Source of the DNA: Trichinella spiralis
Lineage: Eukaryota
Reading direction: 5' to 3'
Length of the DNA stretch: 64,000 bases
NCBI RefSeq assembly: GCF_000181795.1
Contig: NW_003526944.1
Span: forward strand, 2,159,434 to 2,223,433
In this document: piece after piece, positions 23,801-36,800 of the stretch
Numbering within the stretch: position 1 is the stretch's first letter
Layout of the letters: the number at the start of each line of letters is the position of its first letter
Notes under the pieces: model-generated
Databases searched by the model: none
What the model was told of the DNA's origin: nothing
The model's input: only the letters and a program-made list of their open reading frames with translations
Made by a program: the position numbers and the translations under genes

Positions 23801-25710
23801 ATCGAATAGTTTTATCAATTTTTACACAGCTAAAAAAATAACTCAGAGTCGTAAAATTATTTTAAAATAGCTATTCCTACTTCATTTCAAATATGACGTA
23901 AGCATATGACGCCAGAATAAAAACTGCAAACATCTGCAAATGAAAATTATTTGCTCAATGAACCCTATATATTTAAAGAATGAATATAAAAAAACCGTGT
24001 GCCACTGAAGTATGCTAATATTAGTAGCAAATTAATTTTACTTTCAAAATTTCTTTGATAAATTTTGAAAACAAAATACAGTTTGGAAGCTTATTCTACA
24101 CCATAAAATAGGATAATAAAATTTAACAATTCAAACAGATACGGATTAGTTGTATAATAAAAAACAAAAATAAACATAATCATAAATAATGGATAAAAGT
24201 ATTGGCGATGACGAAATGTAATTAAATTTGTTGACAACAAAAGCAAACTGTAATAGCAAACTAGTTTACTATTAATATCACGACGTCATTTATTTTTTCA
24301 GCTGCATCGCACTGCTGAAAACCAAAATTACTAAAAAACAAAGAGAAGAACATATACATCATAAATTAAATTAAATTAAATTAATAGTTGTCATGCAAGT
24401 ATTTGCATTTTCATTAGTGAAAAAAAATTTCAGAACAATTACCGCGATAATGAACGAAATTGAAAACCGAATGCACATTCACATTTTCTGCATGAAGAAG
24501 AGGAAAAAATCTTAAAACTGTTGAACAAAAATTACTACTTGATATTATAAAACTTTTATCAGAATTAACAGCTGGTTTTGAAAAAGCGAAAAATCAACCT
24601 ATTCACGGCCATCATCGCTAGTATTTCTGTCGAATCATTCACCGAATGCTTTTGGAGTGAACATGTGATGTGCGCGCTACCGTATAAAGAATTGCACGTT
24701 CAAACAATACAGTGCCGATGAAATTTCATCAACACAAACGGTCAGAAAACATTTCAACAGCATAAAAGAGGCAATTTGATGCGTCTAATTAATTTCGCTA
24801 TCCAACTTGACATTCGGAAAATGTTCAGCAGAATTGAAAATTTTTCAGAATTTCAGAAAAGAGTTGTTTTCAATTTCAAAATGTGATCAGAAAAATTTCA
24901 CAACGAAGAACTTTTCAAACGTGAACAGTCGATTCACTGATTAAGTACATCAAAGCAAAAGTTGAATTTATTCTTTTTTAATTTAACAAAGAAAAATACT
25001 TCAATAGTGAATACGTGAATAAATTGATCGATTATTTATTCCTTGATTTATTTATTTTGCTGCTCAATTAGCCAATTTTCAAAAAGAATCATTCACAGCG
25101 TTGAAAAATGGTAATTATTACGGTCAAAACGCGGGTTGGCAATGCGTCATCGCCACGCGTCAATAAAAACACTATCTAAAGTATTAATGAGACGAAAAAA
25201 ATCCACCCAGACGCGAACGGTAATCTTTTTTGAAAATATTTTTTGTTGACACATTCTGGAAAATCATAATCTGTAAGAAATAATTTTTCTTATAAAAAAG
25301 AAAAGCATTACTCACCCGAAGGCAGTAGGAACACGTGAATGGTCTGTCTTTGCTATGTTTGACCGCATGCTGCTTTAAATACCAAACAGAGTTAAAAGCC
25401 TGCAAGCAAAAATACAACAAGGTCAATATTGTGAATTAAGTATACTTTTTAAAAAAATTCACTCTGAAGTTTAAAATAAAATGAAATATACATGAAAAAT
25501 ATACAAAAAAAGATGCATGAAAGAGGAGAAACTGCTAGCTACCTTTCCACATTCTTGGCAAGTGAAAGAACGTTTCTCGGCAGCATTCGACTGGACAGCC
25601 GATGTAGAAGAACAAAGCGTCGGATCTTCGTCGACATTCACCGGTTCGTGCACAATGGCTGGCATGAAACTTGAGTTGAAAGTTTCGGCTGATTGGTCGA
25701 TAACACTCAT
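20896..25710 (-). CDS. Multi-C2H2 zinc-finger protein with poly-Q/poly-S tracts; exons 25710-25543, 25399-25316, 23555-22706, 22593-21683, 21609-20896
   Basis: Fingers FTCQECGKAFNSVWYLKQHAVKH, PFTCSYCLRTYRFRSNLYQHKC, CDRCFMLFPSREFLTRHMSWH, CVHC..H, CLYCNGKFCHRLALKRHLRKC, CDVC..H, CRFCPKLFLAKRYLRKHELTLH, CPLCPKLFTTLKQLKQHVSFH. A 73-nt GT-AG intron (21610-21682) reconciles the two overlapping ORFs. The N-terminal finger pair recalls C. elegans SEA-2 (from memory, unverified). Confidence 0.9.
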
Positions 25711-28700
25711 GTCCACCAAGTTTCATGGTCATTCAAAGCAGACCATCGGCGGCAAATTGACCAGCAGACAATTTTTCAAACCTAACGTTGAATGACATAA
25801 ATGAATATTCAACAGATAATCACAAGCTCACATATATTGTAGAATAAGAAACTGAATATTGAACAAACGAACAGTCAAGTAAAATATAATGTTTGCATTG
25901 ATAGAAATTAAATAAATCAACCGGAACATATAACAAACACACGTACACAAAAAAGGTAAATGACTATTCAAAAAATATTCATTTACATTACTGTAAAGCT
26001 ATTGGCATAGGAAGTGATTTTCTCAGCAAATCAACAAAACTAAGCAATATCGGTTGTGGAATGGTATCGAATCAAGTGGGCTGAGATTCGAATCGAAGCA
26101 ACAGTACAGCACCCGTTTAGTACATTTCAATTGCTCGACTAGAGTAACAAATGACCGTTGACTAGAAAAACTGAGCGGCTTGGCTCAATACGACCGGCTG
26201 CTAAACGGCGTACTGAACAAATGAGCCGCCCAATTTCGTCGCAACACGCAACGGACATTTACCGTGCTTGTCAATTTCACGTGCCTAACAATCAATAAAC
26301 ATCCTACTGTACCACTAAATCACTTGCAAACAAAATGTTTCGTTGTTCTTTTTTTTCCACTTTGCACTTCATCCGACATGATGATTTAAATTATTAAAGT
26401 AAAATCAATTCAATTTTTAAAAAATTTTTGAAAATTTAACAAACAGAAAAATTGGCACAAAATGACAGACAACAACTTGATTTTCATACTGCAAACAACA
26501 AATATGAAATTTCCTTTATGCAAATCATTCTTTCAGCTGACGAAATTGTAACAGTCAAATTGCTTTATTTTTAATGACACTTGGCAATATGAAATAAATT
26601 ATTTAAATTTGTTTTTACAATTTGATTTTTCCTGCTATGCGACCGCTTTTAAATAGAACTTCCGTTTATTTTAATACAGTATGATAGTAAAAGTACAGAA
26701 TGCAAGTATAAGGAACGTTAAAGTGAAATTTTATGCTCAAAAAGAAAAATCAAGTATCTAAGACAATGCCGTAAATGAATACAGAAAAACAATGCTAATA
26801 AATGAATAACTAATAATTGAACAGATACAGATAATAGATTTGTGGAAAGATGTGTAAAAATAGATTAGCATTTCTGAAATGAATTCATTCATGCACCTTT
26901 ACAGTTAGCAAAAAAAATACAATGAACATAATTATTGTTGAGTTGAGTTCAGTTGAAAACTGTCTCATTAATCAAAAGAAGAACAAAGTTATCTTCTCAG
27001 AAATTCAGAAAATTTTCTGATTACATTTTAGTCTGCTGAGTCAAAAAATGAAATAAAAAACGATATGGGTTAATTTTCCATTTCAAAACTGAAAATATCA
27101 ATAATTTCCCAAAACTTGATAGGAAAATATGCTTTGTGAAAAGAGCAGAAAAACTAATAGGAAAACAGTCTAAACAATTTACACGGAAATGCGACAGTGC
27201 ACATGAATCAGACGAATTGAATCAATACGACTCTAGAATTGTCAAAAATTATTCCATTTTAAAACCCTATCTACTAAATTCCTATAATCTGTTTTCGCCT
27301 GCTGTAAAGTTGGAATAAATTTTGTTTGCCTTTCCAATTATCTATTCACTTTACGGCATACAGAGCAAATTGTTTGCACGAATGCCGACAAAATTAGAGA
27401 CCAAAACCTAACATCCTGCATGCATCCCTCAATGCAAAATATAAGTGGGCCATGAAGATTTTCCACTGTTTTTTGAATAAACAACATTTCCAAAAAATCA
27501 TATACATAATTTTCACAGTTTCATACCTAAATTTCAGACCGAGTGAAATTTTACATATCAACGACAAAATCTAGTGCTTACTTTGCTTCCAAGCTTACAA
27601 CAAAATATGATCAGTCGAAGTGTGCGCGTCACAAGCTGGCGTTGAAAAATTATTAATCAAAAAATTCTTCTTTCCTATTTTTTAGCGTTAAAATTTGAAG
27701 TGCACAATTTGGCACTGGAAGTGGAAAAAAAGAAAATTAAATTTGTAGAAAAAAAATTCACCATATGCACAAGTATTGATTGCTAAATCATAATAAACGG
27801 GAGGGGGGGGGTTTAATATGGATTTTCGTTGAATCAACCTGATCGTGTCGATCGAAGAAATTGATAAACCCTGTGAAAGAAGATGATTTGCATCGAGCAG
27901 GCGTCACTTATCGCTTAGAGTGTAGGAAAAAAGAGACAAAGAGCACACCAACTACGAGGATCTGAGAATCTCTCAGAGCCATCATCATCGGTTACGTCAA
28001 ACGACCAGATTTCTGGTGATTCTTACGCGTGCTGTCTGCTTCCAAGTACCAAATGTCTGGCTGAACGATCGCCAGTCTACGTTCCCATGCGTATTCCATT
28101 ACATCAGTATTATATACTGGAAGCACGCTACTGCTGACTGGTGCGAATGCAGACAAAAAATCAAACGGCTGGACAGACAGCTGTCTGGCTCGCCAAAATG
28201 AAATTCCTCGTTGACCATTCGATATTTTGGAAAATTTTCCCCTCTTCAATATTTTTCCTCTAAAAACTCTGATCAAAAAATATTTTCGCTTCAACTTGTC
28301 CAAAATTCAAATTTGGCAATTTTCAAAATGGACAATACAAAAAATATGCTACCATATATGCATCAAATTTAAGTTTCAATTATTTAAAAATGAGGCAATT
28401 TTTAAGCAGAACAGTTCTCCATCAATCAATTTTTCTTTTTTATTTTTGTTGAAAAAGGAGGAGGAAAACGGATAAGGAGATGAAAACGAGGAAGTGAAGA
28501 AATCGTTGTGTCTTTAGTGTACTTTTACCACAATTAAGCAATATGTATATATATATATATGGTTAAGTTTATAAAAAATGTTTTTTAATTTAAATAAATG
28601 AACTGTCAAATTTCGAAGAACCTACCAGAAGTGAGAGAAAATATGCACACCATTGAGGAAACAGAAGAAATTGTCTGGGAATAATTGAGCAATCATGTGC

Positions 28701-31700
28701 AAATGACAACAAATTGAGAAATACATTTTTGAAGAGAGTTCGTTTTGTGGTGGAAAACGTGTCAAATGTCAGAAACATAACTCAAAGCACACACGATCTG
28801 ATGAAACGTTAGAGGAAAAAATTTTCTTCAAATATTACAAATGAAGTATTAATATTTACCAAAACTGAAGGCACATTAATTGAATGTTAATAAACTTAAA
28901 CGGAAAATTATAAAACAATTGAAATCCAAAATTGTTTATTGATTTTTTTAAAAAAAATGATCCTTGAAAAGCGTGACGTTTAAACGTGAGAAACGCTTTC
29001 AAAATGCATCGTGTAATAATAAAACATTTACATATTTGAACAGCATAGAACTGTAAATCGAATGTGCGTACCACTGACGGCGTTTACCCTGTTGAAATGT
29101 ACATACTTGGTGAACGTTTTTGTAGAATAAAAAAGAAAAAGGAAAGAAAAAAAATTTTTTTTAAATAATAATCAGCATATGATAATTTTTTCATTTGCAT
29201 AAATTCTCAAATTTAAATTTGCATTTGCTGTTGCAGTGGAATGGTAATTTCGTTGTTTTGGAGAAACAGCAATAAGAAAAGTGATCAAATGGTGAAGTGC
29301 TTTGAGCATTTCAATTAGGGGGAGTGAGAGATACACGTCTGCTGTGATAATATTAATAATGCAACGATTACAGTGGAAATATTTTTCAAAAAAATATATA
29401 TACAAAGCACCGCTTAGTGCTTTTCTCTGCAGCAAGCATTGAGCGATTTCCCCCATGTCCTAGCGATTGTGAATGGTCCCCCATTTCTGAGTTGAAGAGG
29501 AAAAGAAATATATTGAAAATTTTCCAATTGATTGCAATACCAGCAGAGATGATATGGGATATTCAATAGTGGAAAGAAGAAATTTTGTTAAAATCAAATC
29601 GATCACTGAGTGAGTGAAGGAATCGATCCAATCGACGACTGATCGATCGATCAATCATTGCAATATTTATGTTTGTATGCATTATTGAAAAGAAAGCAGA
29701 AAAGAAAAAAAACTAAAAAGGAAATGCAAATTCTATTTTTGCATTTATGTGTTGAAACCTTTTTCAAAAAATGTCAGTTTAAATTAAGGAAAAAAAACTG
29801 CTGACGTCTATTCATAGGGAAAAGCTGAAAGGTCAGGAGGGGGGGGGGGAAATTTTTTTTAATAATAAATTTTACTTTATTAAAAATTAAAATGTCTAAT
29901 AATAATAAATAAAAAACAAAAATTGCCCCCTCTCTTCCCCCTCCCACCCTCCATTCATCATGCTTCACTGCCTGCTTCCACAAATTCAGACCCACCAGAC
30001 GGGGAAATGCATGTGGAATAATAAATTAATTGAATAAAAGCTGCCCAAGCTGGCGGCGGCACAAGCTCGGCTCGTGCCAAGCACGTTTGATTCATGGGCA
30101 CAAAAACGTATAGCCGACACGCATGAATGAATGTGGCGCGTCGTCCTGTCAGCCAGGCACACAACAGCCGCGCAATTTGAACATTCCAACTTTCATAAAC
30201 AAGCTTCTCAATGAAAAACGGCCGCCATTCCACAAGCTTCAACTGAACTCTCATTTTTGGGATGTTTTTTACAAAAAACAAAAAATAACACCAAAAAAAG
30301 CCGAAATGAAAAAAATGTGAAAAAAATAATTGCGGAATGTGAAATGCCGTTGTTCACCAAAATGGGAACTGTTTGGGATGGTTGGAAAATTCGAAAAATG
30401 GAAAAATTAGCGCTTTCAGCAGAGAGGCATTCACTTGGGGCTAAAAATAATTGCACCTTGACGGCATAGATAGTGCGAAACGAGCTGAGCTTCGTTTGAA
30501 TTAACATTAAACGTACACACCTCGGCTGTTGCTGTTCAAAACGTGCTATTTGGAAGAGTGAAATGCTTGCCATAAAAAAACTCAAAAAAACTTGAAAACA
30601 ACAGAAAATTGACAATGCTATTATTTATATTTCTATGAGAGTTGATAAATAGAAAAAAATATATGTATATACAACAAAAACCTTCTTTCTTTCTTTTATT
30701 ATTTTTTTTGATCTCTTTCGTAACGTGTGAACAACTGCAACTTGTTGATTAATACGATTATTATGACCCTGAGCCGTTACGCCATTTTGACGAAAATTGT
30801 TTGCTACGTTCCATCCACCACCCCTATGGCAATTTACGTCATAAAGCACGTCAATGCATCAGGAATCCAAGATCTATCTATGACCGATCTATCCACCGAA
30901 AAAATTGAATTTATTTTTTTTCTTCACAAATCATATATTTTTCAATTTAAATGTAATGAAAAATCCAAAATTGAAAAGGAAAAAATTTCACTTGACTTCT
31001 TTTCATTTTTTCCTTATTGTATTGAAAAGCATTAACTGAATACCACCAACCAAACAGGATAAAATGATCGATGAAATCAATGACAATGGTGTGAATAATG
31101 AATGCATTCCGTTTCCATTTTCACTCCGCCCCCTCCACCGACACTTATAACAGTTGCACTGTGAACTATAATTGTGCAAAAAGAAAAATATACATATGCA
31201 AATTTGTTCACTTTACAAAGCAGAATAGATGATGTTTTTGAAAAATGACCTCTAATGAACATATGTGAAAATGACCAATAGCGAAAGTTATTTATTTATC
31301 ATTATTGAATAAAAGTTCAAACTTTTGCTCATTTTCAAATATTAAAAAAATTATATCAAAAAATATGAATTGCAATTATGCGTTGTTGAAATTTTTGATT
31401 AATTTCACCTGCAATCGAAACAACCACACACACAGTGTGCGATCAAAGAGGTTAATTGGTTCTAGCTGTTGGCACTCATCAATTCTATTAGCGAGCTTTT
31501 AAAAAGCATCTTCAATTTATTAGCCTATATTGCAAGAATCAATAATTAAAAAAAGACGAAAACTGCTACACTGGGCATTAATGAAGTCGAATAGAACCGT
31601 CGTAAATTGCAAATTTCATCAAAAGAATATCACTAATCAATCCTCCATTTAAAACAATTATGATCATTTTTGCTAACAACAACAGACAAAACTGATTTGC

Positions 31701-33619
31701 AAAACTTCCAATGAAGCTTGAATGAAAGTTGATAACAATTAAGAACAATCTGATCTGCTTTTTCCTCTTATGCAAAAAGGAAAAATGCACTCAGACAGAG
31801 AGAAAAAATCATTAAATTTTTGAAAAAGTAGACAAAATTGTCATTCAATATTATTTGCAGATAATGTATAATTTGTGAATTGAAATTCATGAATTGAAAT
31901 CACTAAAAATGAAGTCAGACAAAAATTTACAACAGAAATATTAACAACGATCAAAAGATGCCCCACCCCACATGGCTCAGAAACACATGGCCAAAAAACA
32001 TCACAAGCAAAGAAAAACAGAAATCAAGAAAATTAACACACACCCACAACGACTGTGAATGAAAAGTTGCTCTCTTCATGAAGCTGCAGAAGAAAACAGC
32101 TGTGCCGTTTGGCGCCTATTGAAAACTATATGAAAAATTTTAGTAATTTCATTATTGCCTGGGTTGGGGGGAAAATCAAATGCAATCAATCCTTGGCCCC
32201 CAAAAATGAAATCATCTCACCACGGCTAGAAAACAAATTCGCTTGGAAATGGATCGGCCAGAGAAGCCGGAAAATCAGCTGCTTCCACTGTCAGAAAAGC
32301 GATTGGTTCATTTTCCATTTGGAAAATTCTATCCCAAAATTTTTATATTTTTGAGTTGAAGAGAAAAAAAAAGAAAAAATTTTGCAAACAACATAAACAA
32401 AAATGTATATTGCTATTTTTTGCCTCTGAACATCATAATGCAAAATGGAGAGAAAAAAAAAGAAAAATTTTCGCACGTTTCATCAACTGGCACCGACCAT
32501 TCTGAGCAGCTAGATAATCATTTTTGCACACGGCTATTATTCCAATATCAGAGCAGAAACTTTTCAGCATAAAACATTTTCAAATGCAAATTCAAAAAAA
32601 TAATTTGCATTTCATGTGATGAAATTTTATCAACAATCGAAAAAATAGTGAAAAACTATTTGTCATTCAAATTTGAAACATAATAAATTCAAATGAAATA
32701 TTGAACGTAAGAAGAAGAAAATTGAAGAAAAATCGACATATTGAATTTGTTTTTCATTATGAAATGGATTTTCTTCAACTTTGACAAGTTGTTAATAAAA
32801 ATCACAAAACAGGCTCAAGAACTTTGACCATATAATGTTGAATGTAACTTTCCAATTGCAATTTTGATTAAAAATTTAAACTTTTAACCACTCAAAATTA
32901 ATTTAATTTATTCATAATAAAAATAATAATAATAATACTCCATCATACCTGGTATGTTCTTCTGTAAAATGTTGTAGTTGTTGAACGAAGATTTTAGAAG
33001 GATGCTAGGATGCAAAATTGTGTGCGTATGTATCGACTGATTGACCACCACCAACACCACCACCGAACAGCGAATACAGATGATGGAAATGAATAAAAGG
33101 CACGATGACAAATGCAGCAATCTATTTTAAAAAAAAAACATATTTTATAAATAAAGAAATATGCGCATTATTGTATTATGTTATAAGATGAAGTAATTTA
33201 TGCCGAAGAAAATTTCGAAAATATGGTTAGAAAGACAACGTGAACGGCTGAGCACGGTTGTTATGAATGGGATCCGACGCGGCACGCAAACGACCGAACA
33301 TTCCAAGCAAATTCCTCAACAGCAGCACAACTGTTCTCAAGGGGCAGCCGCTTCCTGAGAGTCCGCTTATTCTATGCAATAAAGATAAGGCCGCCATTAA
33401 GTTGACCACAATGAACCATCCGCATCCTACTGATCATCATCATGATCATAATCGTCGTCGTCGACGTCGTCATAACAATAATAATAATAATAATGATAAT
33501 AATAAACACAACAACAACAACAACAATAAGAAGACATGTAAGCTTGGTTTATAAATTAACTTTGGAAAAGTGAACTGGCTAAGCAAAGCTAATGGCTAAC
33601 TGGAGAATGTTTGAAAAGC

Positions 33620-33830
33620 ATGCAGCACGTAACGTCAGGCGGCCGGCGTTTATTTTCCAGATTGATCGGCGCCGCCGTTGCGTCACCCGGCCGACCCGCT
33701 TCATCTCCAGCGCCGGTCATTCAAGCATCCAAGCAGAGATAAACATGCCAACCGCAGGCCAGCTGCGTTTTCGCTTTAAAACGTTTGCTGCTGGCCAGCC
33801 GCCTCACGCAACGCCTACGCAACACTTCAT
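33620..33830. promoter_or_regulatory. CpG/GC-rich islet, candidate promoter or enhancer
   Basis: Dense CpG (gcggccggcg, cggcgccgccg, cccggccgacccg) with CRE-like half sites (acgtca, tgcgtca) in otherwise AT-rich non-coding DNA. Confidence 0.35.
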
Positions 33831-36800
33831 CTTACTACCCTCCTCTACATATTCAACTGGCATTTCTTCACAGACAATAATAATGATTGCTTCCATTTTT
33901 TGCTTTTGCTGCTGCTGCTGTTGTTGTTGTTGTTGTTTTGATCTGTCTGTGGTGGCGTATTCATCTTCATTTTAATTACTTTCGGCAGAACTTCCAATTG
34001 CCAGCCAGTCGAATGGATGTTATTTTTCTTGTAAGCTTGGTTGTGTGGTGGGCGGCATATTATATGCTTATTTACCACAATTGTGTGAATTTGGATTATT
34101 TAGTATTTTGCATTTTTCTATTTTTGCCCCATCAAATAATCACCAACAGCAGCTAGATTTTCAACAACAAACACAGGAAAAGCCGTCGTTCGGCGCCCAC
34201 ATAGTCGACGCCGTTCATCTTTTTTCTTCCAAAACAGCACGTCCTTGGTCCATTGGCAACGCAATCGACATCCCAATGCACGTTGTCTATATATCTGGTC
34301 AACAGCTGTCCTAACGTTGGCTAACGTGCTTGCGCATTTACGCCGCTTGCTCGCTTACATACGGATGTGTTGTGTTACTCAGGTCCACGTTTGCACAACA
34401 TTCTATTCCTATTTCTCATCTTACAGCCAACATTCTTCATCTACTGAGAAAATACTCTTTCCTCTGATATTATTCTTATTATTTCTTTCTAATTCTTCTT
34501 CTTCTTCTTCTTCTTACGTGCTCTTTCATTTGGTTACTGTTCGCACCTAACAACCATCTACCCAATTTATCCATCTATAAATACATCAATTATTATTACT
34601 GTAAACACTTACATCTCAGAACAGCAAAAACAAACAATATTTGTACAGGAATTGGAATCGTGCAAACTTTATCACTCATTTTGAAGCCTCAATAACTAAA
34701 TTTATACCTCGATATGAAATTATTAATAATTTACTTGTTGTTTCACAATGCAACTGTAACATTCTCTCCTAAAGCTGAACATTGTGGCACTTCAACACAA
34801 CAGTTACTGCTACTTTGGATGAAAAGACAGCCAACAATAATACACAATAAGAAATACAGAATATAAATTACTGTATAAATAATATAAAAATTCAAATTTT
34901 TCGAAATGAATTTAAATTTAAATGAAAAATTGCATTCGTTCGTGTGTGCTCAAGATTAAAATGTCACTTGTATATTTGAAGAGAGAAAAAAAATCTGCCC
35001 ATGTTACTGTTCCTTTGTTGCATGTTGACTGATCTCCAATCACAACAAATAGACAAGCAAAACAACATTTCCCACTGAAATTTTGTTTACCCACAAACAA
35101 ACAAACAAACAAATAAATAATCACACAGGTGTTGTGAGTTAAAAATGGATAAAAAACATTCATGAAGTTACTTTCAATAGGCAATCAATTAACTTTTACT
35201 TCAGCTTCTTCAAAACAGGCGAACAAATAAATTTCAAGAAACAAATTTAAGCTTTGCTAAAACAAAATCACACAGTTCCGCATTCGAAATTACCAAGCAT
35301 ATTTATTTAAATTTAAGAGAAAAACAAAATCTGAAAAGCAATACCAACTTAATAAAGCTGAAATATCAAAACACCATTCACTGTTTCGACTGGACGATCA
35401 ACTCTAAAGTAAATTTAAAGGCAATCAAACTGAGCCAAGCGTGAAATATTTCAATTTTTCAATCAATCGTCAGTTAAATTATGGAAATAATTAAATAAAT
35501 AAGACAAAAATAATGTCTATCCAAAGTGTTAAAATATATTGAAATAAATTGAAAAGAAGAAAACTGAAAATTATCAAGGCAATTCGATTATTAGTAGATT
35601 CAAGATTGCACAAAATGAAAGCATTCATCAAGTAGAATTATAAAATCCCCAATCTGCAACAAGATAAGATTATGTGTAACGTGGATAAAATCTTCAAATC
35701 GTCAATAAGAATTAAAACAGTACCAAGTATTATGAAAGTGAATTTCAGTTTTTTGGGGCAAAATTATAAAGGTGGAAAAAAGTGCTCGCTATTTAGTAAA
35801 TAATTGAATATTAATGTACCGATAACATCGATATAAGAAAAAATTAGATATACATATAAAATATTTAAGTAAAACAGCATATTTTCTCAGGTATAATAAT
35901 AAATTTGAATATCTGCATCACACACCCAATTAAAAAAAAACTTTAGTCTCAGTTTGTTCCAAATTTTTGCTATACTTGTTCGTAGATGTTCCCAGTTGTG
36001 TCTCGCAGAATCAAATAAAATAAAAAAATCATTCCCAAGTTACTGCAAGCAGGTGTCATCAGAAAAATAATTTTGCAATCTTCAAAAAAATTTACAACCT
36101 TCATAAAAATAGGAATAAAAAAAGCTCGTAAAACATGATCACAGCAAAATTGTAGACGCCGAAAATAGAAAAAATCAGAAAATTGCTCTTTTTCTTTTTT
36201 AATTTCATTCAAATTCTAATCCAAGTCTGAAAATTTGAAAAATGCAAATTATAAGTGAATTATTGAGCTAATAAATCAAAAAAAAACCAACATTAACAAT
36301 GGCTCAAATTTAATTTCTGCTTTTGAAAAAAAATTCTTTTCCAAATGCTGAGTTTTATAGCAGCAAAATACAAAAATGACAACAATATACAGAATGTCAA
36401 ATATCAAGTATTGTTCACAGAAAATGCAGGTAAACTTCATCCACTTCTTACGGTATAAATAAATGGAAAATCACAACGAATAAATCTCACTTTTCAAATA
36501 TTGAAAAAATATTTAATTAAAAGTTATTTTTTAATTCAAATTTTTTATTTTCTTTTTAATAAAAAAATATTTTGAATCATCATCGTATTCAATTTCAGAT
36601 CTTTCTGTAATTGACCATCTTTAAATGAATGAAAAAAAATCCCAAATTTGTTGGTAAAAAACTAATAAATTACATGTGTAACAATTGAAATATTCACGCA
36701 CATAAGTTGTTATTTTTCGAACAGCACAGCAACAGTAATAATTAATTAGCAATTAATAAGAGACAATTTCAAATGGCTTCAAGTGAAAAAAATTATCAAG

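Noticed and set aside
26051..26100. tRNA-like A-box/B-box words (gtggaatggt ... gattcgaatc)
   Set aside because: Spacing is too short, and no cloverleaf or acceptor stem can be formed.
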